Source: Eledone cirrhosa (lineage: Eukaryota). Taken from it: DNA of 64,000 nt. Both the position numbers and the translations under genes were made by a program. The notes below the pieces were generated by a model. The model saw only the letters and a program-made list of their open reading frames with translations, ran no database searches and was not told where the DNA came from. The stretch is from NCBI GenBank assembly GCA_964016885.1, contig OZ024744.1:97650001-97714000 (forward strand). The letters run 5' to 3'. This document shows positions 55,695-64,000 of the stretch, in pieces. Each line of letters begins with the position of its first letter. The stretch's first letter is position 1.

Positions 55695-56370
55695 TTATTA
55701 TTACTGCATTTATCTTAATTTATGTTCATATGAGTATCACCAAGTCACAACCAGTGACCTCAAGAGACAACAAGGTCCGCCATGTTCAAGAAAGAACATA
55801 CATACACACACATGTATCTTTAGGTGTTTAGACTTGTGATGTACTTATATTGACAGAATCTTCCTTAGTATATGGGCAGTTCCCATTAGTACTATCTTTT
55901 GTATTTCTCCTATACGCGGGTTTCCTGGGATTTGCGATAAATAATCATTAGACCCCTTAGGTATCATTCCTAGAGAGCCTACAACCACTGGTATTGTTTT
56001 AGTTCTCAACTTCCACATTTTTCCAATTTCTATCTCCAGGTCCTTATACTTGCTCAATTTTTCAACTATTTTTATAGATACATTCTTGGAACGGACATAT
56101 CAATTAGCAGGCATACCCTCTTTATAAAGTTCTTCAGTATTATATCAGGTCTATTTGCATCTAGGTCAAAATGCTTACACATTATCCAATGTATGTATTG
56201 TGAAGCTCTGTCATGCCTGTTTAGGTATTCGGTTGGAGCTATAGGACTGCACATTGAAATTATATGATCAATGGTCTCTGGTTGTTTTTTTTACATACAC
56301 GGCATAATGGGTTGCATCCATTTTTTATGTTGGCTTGATAATTTTTTGTTGGCAGACACTGATTTTGTGT
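55695..56370 (-). mobile_element. Decayed R4/Dong-type LINE 3' end (RLE), with an internal deletion
   Basis: ORFs 56072-56254 (EYLNRHDR...NRPDIILK...LIDMSVP) and 55845-56057 (KYKDLEIEI...PVVVGSLG...AHILRKILSI*). The 3' UTR ends in (AAT)n. Confidence 0.85.
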
Positions 56371-56756
56371 ATGAGCCCCCCCCCCCCCCCCCAAAAAAAA
56401 ACCCCTGAAGTGTCCCAGCCCCCCAGTCCCCAAGGTCTAAATCTAACCCGATCACTTGACTGGTAACGTTTAAATCAAATTGTCAAAATTCAATTTCCAG
56501 CGGTAACGCAAACATAAAATCACATTGGCCCCCGCCAACTATAAAGGGGCAGGAATACACATCAGCATCAGTCCTGAAGATGAGATTGTGAAGGTCCAGA
56601 AATGTTGATGGTGGATTTCAGAAGTTTACAATTACAAACAAACTGCAAGGAACCCGCAAAAAAATATGAGAAGAACCTTTGATGAAAAAAAAATATAACT
56701 AGAACATAGTTGTTTTCACTATATCTCAAAACGAAAATCTGTTCCCCATCTATAAA

Positions 56757-56819
<63 letters not shown>

Positions 56820-56840
56820 ATGTGTGTGTGTGTACGTATG

Positions 56841-56900
<60 letters not shown>

Positions 56901-57024
56901 TGTATGTACGTATGTATGTATTTATGAATGTATGTATGTGTGTGTATATATATATATATATATATAGGTGTGTGTGTGTGTATGTGTGTGTATGTACGTA
57001 TGTATGTATTTATGAATGTACGTA

Positions 57025-57072
<48 letters not shown>

Positions 57073-57622
57073 TATATAGAGACGAAGGGAAGAGAATGAG
57101 AAGGGATGGGGGGAGGGGGAATAGACAGAGACAGACAAGCAGTCTGACAGAACATATACATAAAACATATACGCATACACACAAAAAAACAAAAACAACA
57201 CACATACATACAGACAGACAGACAGACAGACACACACACACACAGAGTTGACCTAGAGTTGCATGTCAGTTAATGTGATGTGCACGGAAAGGCGTGCCAC
57301 ACGAACGACGACAACACATCAGATACTAAACCTATGTAGGGTCTGCAACCTCAGCATTTGTTTATGCTTCAGTAGAAATATACCACCTGGAGCAAAAGAT
57401 GATATCAGATATACTTTCTTTACTTTAGCTAAATTGTTTAATATTTATCAAAGTCATAAGCAGGAAGTTATCTATTATATATATCATTTTTGTTCATGAC
57501 TTTACCCACACAGTCATCCATTGACTCAAGCAAATATTTAGGCTTTCGCGTTGCTGTGTCCCTCCTGCCTAGGTAGACACTCTCAATGTCTCTATTTAGT
57601 CTACTGGCAACCAACCCCCTCG

Positions 57623-57707
<85 letters not shown>

Positions 57708-58111
57708 AATAATGGAGCTGCGGCGTTGCAAATGGGTTACATATGAAAAAGTTTGTCCTTCATCAGTGATCTTCCAACCATCATAGCCATTTCATCGCTT
57801 TAAAGACCATATACCTCTGGTTGGTGCGAGCAACGGCTAAAAAAAGTCGTTGGGACACGTAAATAAAGGGGACGCGAGGGTAAACAAACAAAATGGTTTA
57901 AGCAACAGAAAGTGATGAAGAAGAAAGAAACAAGTCCCAGATTTCTATGAATTTAAATTCGGTGAAATCGTGAACGAGAGAATAAAGACCATCAAACCTG
58001 GTTGAAATGTGAGCAAGGAAGGAATTTCGCACAGGTCTAACGGGAGGAAGAAGGGGTCTAGTCTGCGAATTCGGTAAACATAAGTTCTGTGAAACTTAGA
58101 TAAAAACTTAG

Positions 58112-58195
<84 letters not shown>

Positions 58196-58401
58196 TAGAA
58201 GTGGTATTTAATTTGTTGGAAGTCCGACAAACATGAATTTCCAACCGATAAGGTATGATTTTCATGGGTATGTCTCTATTTATAAAACAAACTTTAGCGT
58301 ACCAATGTTGTCTTGGTTACCCTTGAAATATATATAATAAAATAAATATGGTTTTATAAATATAGTTTCCATTTATTTAATATCATTGTGTATATATACA
58401 T

Positions 58402-58485
<84 letters not shown>

Positions 58486-58759
58486 AAATGCCTCCAGAAA
58501 ACTCTTCAGATCTACTTTACGTCGAACAGCAAAGAAGGCGCATTAATTTTGTAGCCTCGTTCCACCCTCTTCACCTGGGTTTAGCCAACGAGGTTTTATC
58601 TTTTATTTCTTCTCATAATTTATATAAAAACAATTTTATAATATATATTTTTTTAAAAACAAAAAAAGTAGGAAAAAATAGTAAAAAAAAAAAAAAAAAA
58701 AATGGTGAGAAGACCCGCACACTCAATTACATAAAGAAAAGGTACGCTGGAGTTTCCCT

Positions 58760-58930
58760 CTAATAATATTTGGGGGTGCAATCTAACACACTGGCAGCAT
58801 TGCCACGGCTGATAGAGAGACTAAAACGCTGGAATAACCAAGCATTCCGCACCAGAATCATCACCTGATACGTCGGTAAAGCGAAGCGGCCAACAATGAC
58901 AAGAACCTCGTTGTCAGCGAACCAGAGTTA
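58760..58930 (-). mobile_element. Divergent CRE-clade-like RLE 3' fragment
   Basis: Minus strand reads NAWLFQRFSLSISRGNAASVLDCTPKYY*. Confidence 0.6.
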
Positions 58931-59569
58931 ATTCGAAGCACACATGCCTATCATTTTCATACATACTCTTTACATTAAAGAAGCGGCTGAAGGCTACTAT
59001 TACTGCCACTGCAATGATAGTGTACCTGCTGACATTTTACTCTCTATCACTAATTCCCTAGCAGAATTATAATATTCCTACCTAATTTCCCCTTTAAGAC
59101 ACATGCACCACCTATTGATAATAACGACGTCAGCTGACAGGATGTTAGCTCCCTCTATATTAACTCTTTATTCCGAGCCCTGAAGACTTTTCTGTGCCGG
59201 AAACGATGCGTTCAGTTTCCAGTAGCCTTCGAAAAGTTTTTATCTAAGTTTACTGTACCAGTTACAGACTTGTAATAAGTGACGCCACGCATCGGAAATT
59301 GTAGACAACCTACATACCTATCTGTTAATATAATAAATAACCGACAGAGATTTAACTAAGAATGTTGAGAAACGAAATTAAACAGTGTATGGTTGTTTTA
59401 GTATGGGAGTAGGAAGTATTTAGGTCAATAGAGGAATATTTCAGGCTGTTAGTTTGTCCCCTTTGGTTCTTTGCCTGATAACTTTAACAAGTTATCAGGC
59501 AAAAAACAAAGAACCAAAGGGGACAAGCTAACAGCCTGAAATTTAGGATATTAAAGGCTGAGTAGATTA

Positions 59570-59770
59570 TAAAAAGGCGGTGTGCGTGTATAAAGTAAAA
59601 CCATTTTCTGTTAATAGATGGCGTGAAAGTGTTCGGAAAGAACGAAGGTTAAATAGACACTTTACTTACTAACATCACATAGATTTAATTGAGATATCGA
59701 GATTGGGTTATAGATTAAAACCTATGCTGATTTAATAACGAGAAGAGGAAATCATAAAGCACAAAGCTGT
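59570..59770 (+). mobile_element. Decayed R4/Dong-type RT fragment
   Basis: Translates with stops and shifts to NHFLLIDGVKVFGKNEG*IDTLL...DIEIGL*IK...LITRRG, resembling the NHLLFMDDLKLFGK...DIGMEFG...KRGK region. Confidence 0.5.
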
Positions 59771-59846
59771 AAATATATCAGATTAATAAATTTAAGTAAG
59801 ATAAAAAAAGTAAACTAACAGGAAGGAACTTTTTAGATGGGAATAT

Positions 59847-60444
59847 TTAAACCTTTTGATATCAACCTGGCAAAAGGCGGTTCTGGTTCTATGAAACAAA
59901 ATGACCCATTTTAAAGTGTTTCTATGATTATGTACAAATAATTTTATATAAGAACCATATGTTAAGTTACTGTCTTAGTAATAAAATAATAAATAATTCT
60001 AGTAAATCTCTAAAAATTCTTCATTAATTAATTAGTAAAATAAAGTACCAGTAATGCACTGGGTAATTGCTGGCCTTGTGCCTAAAGTAGAAACAATTAA
60101 TTAATTAGTATAGAAGAGCGGTGGATTGGCCTTGTGTCAAAAGTAGAAACAATTAATTAATTAGTATAGAAGGGCGGTGGATTGGCAGAATCGGTAGAGC
60201 GTCGGGCACCATGCTTTGCAGCATAGAGTTATGGCCCTTTATGTTCTGAGTTCAAATCCCACTGAGGTTAACTTTGCCTTTCATCCTTACAGGGTCGATA
60301 AAATAAAGTACCAGTAATACACTGGGGTCGATTTAATCGACTTTTCCTTCCCCTTCAAATTGCTGGCCTTGTGCCTAAATAAGAAACCATTAATTAATTG
60401 AAATAGAGTTTATTTCATTAGAAATATATTCATCAAAGAGTTAA
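59847..60444. mobile_element. piggyBac-like MITE interrupted by SINEs
   Basis: Ends ttaaaccttttgat / atcaaagagttaa. Related right ends near 5296 and 61054. Confidence 0.45.
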
Positions 60445-61160
60445 ATTTAAATTTTCCAACATAATTTTATATATGTATTATTTGTTAAGTTATTATCTAT
60501 AATAAAGGAAGGTCTGCGGGACTACGTACGGTTTATTTCTTTTAATCCAGTTCGTAAAATAAGTTGGATTACTTTGAATAAATAACTGTTTCTACTTTTG
60601 GCACAAGGCCAGCAATAACCCAGTACATTATTGGTACTTTATTTTATCGACCCCGTAAGGATGAAAGGCAAAGTTAATCTTGGCGGGATTTGAACTCTGA
60701 CCGTAAAGGGACGTAACTATGCTGAAAAGCATGGCGTCCGACTCCCTACCGATACTGCCAATCCACCGCCCTTTGAATAAATTACTTTGAATAAATTACT
60801 TTGAATAAATTACTTTGAATAAATTACTTTGAATAAATAATTGTTTCTACTTTTGGCACAAGGCCAGCAATTACCCAATGCATTACTGGTACTTTATTCT
60901 ATCGACCCCGGAAGGATGAAAGGCAACGTTACTTTGAATAAATAATGAATTTTAGTAATGAAATAATAAATAATTTTAGTAAATCCCTCAAAAATCTTCA
61001 TTAATTAACAAAAGTGCAATCTATTTCATTAGAGATGCGGTATCGAAAGAGTTAAGATAGTTAAAGATAGTGATTAGATAAAATTAAATGTCAAACCATC
61101 AATATATTGACCATATCTCTAACATTCAGTATTTCTATTCTCAGCTTAGATTTTATTTTT

Positions 61161-61216
<56 letters not shown>

Positions 61217-61556
61217 TTTTTTTTTTTTGTTAACGTTGTCGTTAATAGTTTCTGCTGTCTCAGAATCTGATTTATATTTCTTGGTTGTGGGATTAAGAAT
61301 CTCGTTTCGCAACCACAGTTTCGGGTTTAGTCCCACTGCGCGGCACCTTGGACAAGTGTCTTCAGTGGTTTACCTTGTGAGCAAAATTTGGCAAACAGAA
61401 ATTACAGAAGTCCACCCTATGTGTATGCTTGACCGGATTTAATGGTTGGGGTTTGGGGGGGGGGGACAAAATTCCAGGCGAGAGTATATATTTAAACCAG
61501 ATCACTTTCCAACTGGGATACTTTCAAACTGAAACAATCCCTTCTAAACCTACTTG

Positions 61557-61747
61557 CCGTATTTCCCGGCGCCGAAGACGCTTCGTCCTCGAGGATGCAC
61601 CCTAATTTTGACAACCAGAAATTAAAAAAAAAAAAATAATAATATTAATAATAAACAACTTTCGGCCTCCAGGACACCATGGTAGATTTTAGATTTTTTA
61701 GACTTATTTTAAGGGAAAAGTAGCGTCTTCGACGGTAGGAAATACAG
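61557..61747. mobile_element. pogo/Tc1-mariner-like MITE
   Basis: TIRs ccgtatttcccggcgccgaagacgc / gcgtcttcgacggtaggaaatacag. Confidence 0.65.
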
Positions 61748-62391
61748 TATGTTCTAGGCGAGAGTAATTTAAACTATCATTTTTAAAATTTTTTTTTTTA
61801 TTTGACCAGAGATATAGTATACCTATTACTATAATATTTTTGTTGTTTTTTCCTTTTTATTTTCGTTTTTTTTTCTCTTTCTTCTTTTGGAATTTAGATC
61901 TATTTTAAAAATAAACCTAATGTGTCTAGAATATTCCTTCTTATATTTTACAGATATTTGTATATGAAGTAAGTCAGTGAATGGACAGAGGCAATGGAAC
62001 GCTGGAGAGAATGCCTTGCGGTATTGGTTCAAATCCCGCCTTTCATTTTCATCCTTACGGGGGGGGGGGGGGGGTTCGATAAATAAAGTACCAGTAATGT
62101 ACTGTGATCGATTTAATCGACTTTCCTCTCTCTCTCTCTCTCTCTCCCCACAAAAAAAATGAATGCCTTGCGGTATTGGTTCAAATCCCGTCTTTCATTT
62201 TCATCCTTACGGGGAAGGGGGGTCGATAAAATAAAGTACCAGTAATGTACTGGATTCGATTTAATCGACTTTCCTCTCTCTCTCTCTCTCCTCAAAAAAA
62301 AAAAAAAAATGATTGTCTTTGTGCCTAAATCAGAAACCATTATTTTGTTTCATCATCTGGCCTTATGCCAAATGTAGAAATAATTATAAAT

Positions 62392-62561
62392 ATCATCATC
62401 GTCGTCATTGACGTCGTCATCATCATCATCGTTGTCATCATCATCGTCATCGTCGCCGTCGTCGTCGTCGCCATCGTCGTTGTCGTCGTCGCCGTCGTTG
62501 TCGTCATCGTCGTCGTCGTCGTCGTCATCCGTGTCATCATCATCATCCTCATCGCCGTCGA

Positions 62562-62602
<41 letters not shown>

Positions 62603-62642
62603 CCGCCACCATCGTCATCGCCGCCCCCGCCGCCGCCGCCTC
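62392..62642. repeat. (ATC/GTC/GCC)n compound trinucleotide tract
   Basis: Direct inspection. Confidence 0.95.
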
Positions 62643-62828
62643 CATACTCTCAAACAGTATCATGTGACTTTCCACTGCACCAACCAAGTGCACCACCCAC
62701 CCACCCACCCACCCACCAGCCACCAGCCACCGTGTTAAGCCTGGCCTGGGTGGTGTGTACAGTATTGTTGTCAGTTCATCAGTAGTGTACACACTACGCA
62801 ACTATACTGTGTGTGTGTGTGTGTATTG

Positions 62829-62892
<64 letters not shown>

Positions 62893-63015
62893 CATCTGTT
62901 TTGGTGTAAATGTACAACTGTGTACAACTGTGTACAACTGTGTTTAGTGATTGCAACATCTGTTATGCTTTATAGTGTGTGCTGGCATTTGTTTTACTTC
63001 TTCCTCATATGTTAT

Positions 63016-63859
63016 TGTTAATGTTTCGTGTGTGTTTGTTGAGTAGAGTACAGTGCTGCGGGGTTGTTGGTGTTGGTGGTGTTGTTGTTGTTGGTGGTGT
63101 TAATGTTTCGTGTGTGTTTGTTGAGTAGAGTACAGTGCTGCGGGGTTGTTGGTGTTGTTGGTGTTGGTGGTGTTGTTGTTGTTGGTGGTGTTAATGTTTC
63201 GTGTGTGTTTGTTGAGTAGAGTACAGTGCTGCAGGGTTGTTGGTGTTGTTGGTGTTGGTGTTGTTGGTGTTGGTAGTGGTGTTGTTGTTGGTGGTGGTGT
63301 TGTTGTTGGTGGTGGTGTTAATGTTTCGTGTGTGTTTGTTGAGTAGAGTACAGTGCTGCGGAGTTGTTGGTGTTGTTGGTGTTCGTGGTGTTGGTGGTGT
63401 TAATGTTTCGTGTGTGTTTGTTGAGTAGAGTACAGTGCTACGGGGTTGTTGGTGTTGTTGGTGTTGTTGGTGTTGGTGGTGTTGTTGTTGGTGGTGGTGT
63501 TGTTGTTGGTGGTGGTGTTGTTGTTGGTGGTGGTGTTAATGTTTCGTGTGTGTTTGTTGAGTAGAGTACAGTGCTACGGGGTTGTTGGTGTTGGTGGTGT
63601 TGTTGTTGGTGGTGGTGTTGTTGTTGGTGGTGGTGTTGTTGTTGGTGGTGGTGTTGTTGTTGGTGGTGGTGTTAATGTTTCGTGTGTGTTTGTTGAGTAG
63701 AGTACAGTGCTACGGGGTTGTTGGTGTTGTTGGTGTTGGTGGTGTTGTTGTTGGTAGTGGTGTTGGTGGTGGTGTTGTTGTTGTTGTTGTTGTTGTTGGT
63801 GTTGTTGTTGTTGGTGGTGTTAATTTTTCGTGTGTTTGTTGAGTAGAGTACAGTGCTAC
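63016..63859. repeat. Tandem array with a constant core of about 45 bp separated by variable GTT/GGT tracts, 8 cores
   Basis: gttaatgtttcgtgtgtgtttgttgagtagagtacagtgct(g/a)c repeated with spacers of variable length. Confidence 0.92.
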
Positions 63860-64000
63860 TGAAAGTGGTGGTCCGCGGACCGGTGCCGGTACTCGAGCCA
63901 TCACCTACCGGTACGATGCGGCCAGCGTCCAGGCCATGTAAGAATATCATTTGATGAATTTTTTTTATTACTTTTTTTTTAATATGTTTTGATATTGTAT

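Noticed and set aside
59180-59210. CTGAAGA...GAAAC hammerhead-like spacing
   Set aside because: No convincing stem II pairing between the boxes.
63016-63859. CRISPR-like repeat-spacer appearance
   Set aside because: Spacers are low-complexity GTT/GGT tracts of variable length, the context is eukaryotic, and there are no cas genes.

Overview
AT-rich, repeat-dominated eukaryotic (animal) DNA. The SINE and microsatellite repertoire looks like a cephalopod (Octopus-type) genome; this is inferred from memory of those repeat families, not from a search. The only host coding sequence I can support is one 140-bp minus-strand exon (46621-46760) encoding part of a NIDO (nidogen-like) domain, which the ORF track misses. 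The rest looks like giant-intron or intergenic DNA. It holds dozens of tRNA-derived SINEs, decayed non-LTR retrotransposons (R4/Dong-type RT and RLE pieces, CRE-type RLE tails, RTE pieces, L1/Tx1-like 3' ends), a non-autonomous Helitron, several MITEs, TE-derived tandem arrays (48, 137, 114, 111, 31 and about 205 bp units) and long microsatellites. Nearly all long ORFs in the track are repeat artefacts. The most striking unannotated pattern is a set of about nine fold-back (palindromic) elements, mostly beside (TA)n tracts. Several contain, or fold back at, minimal hammerhead-ribozyme cores of the Penelope-like-element type.
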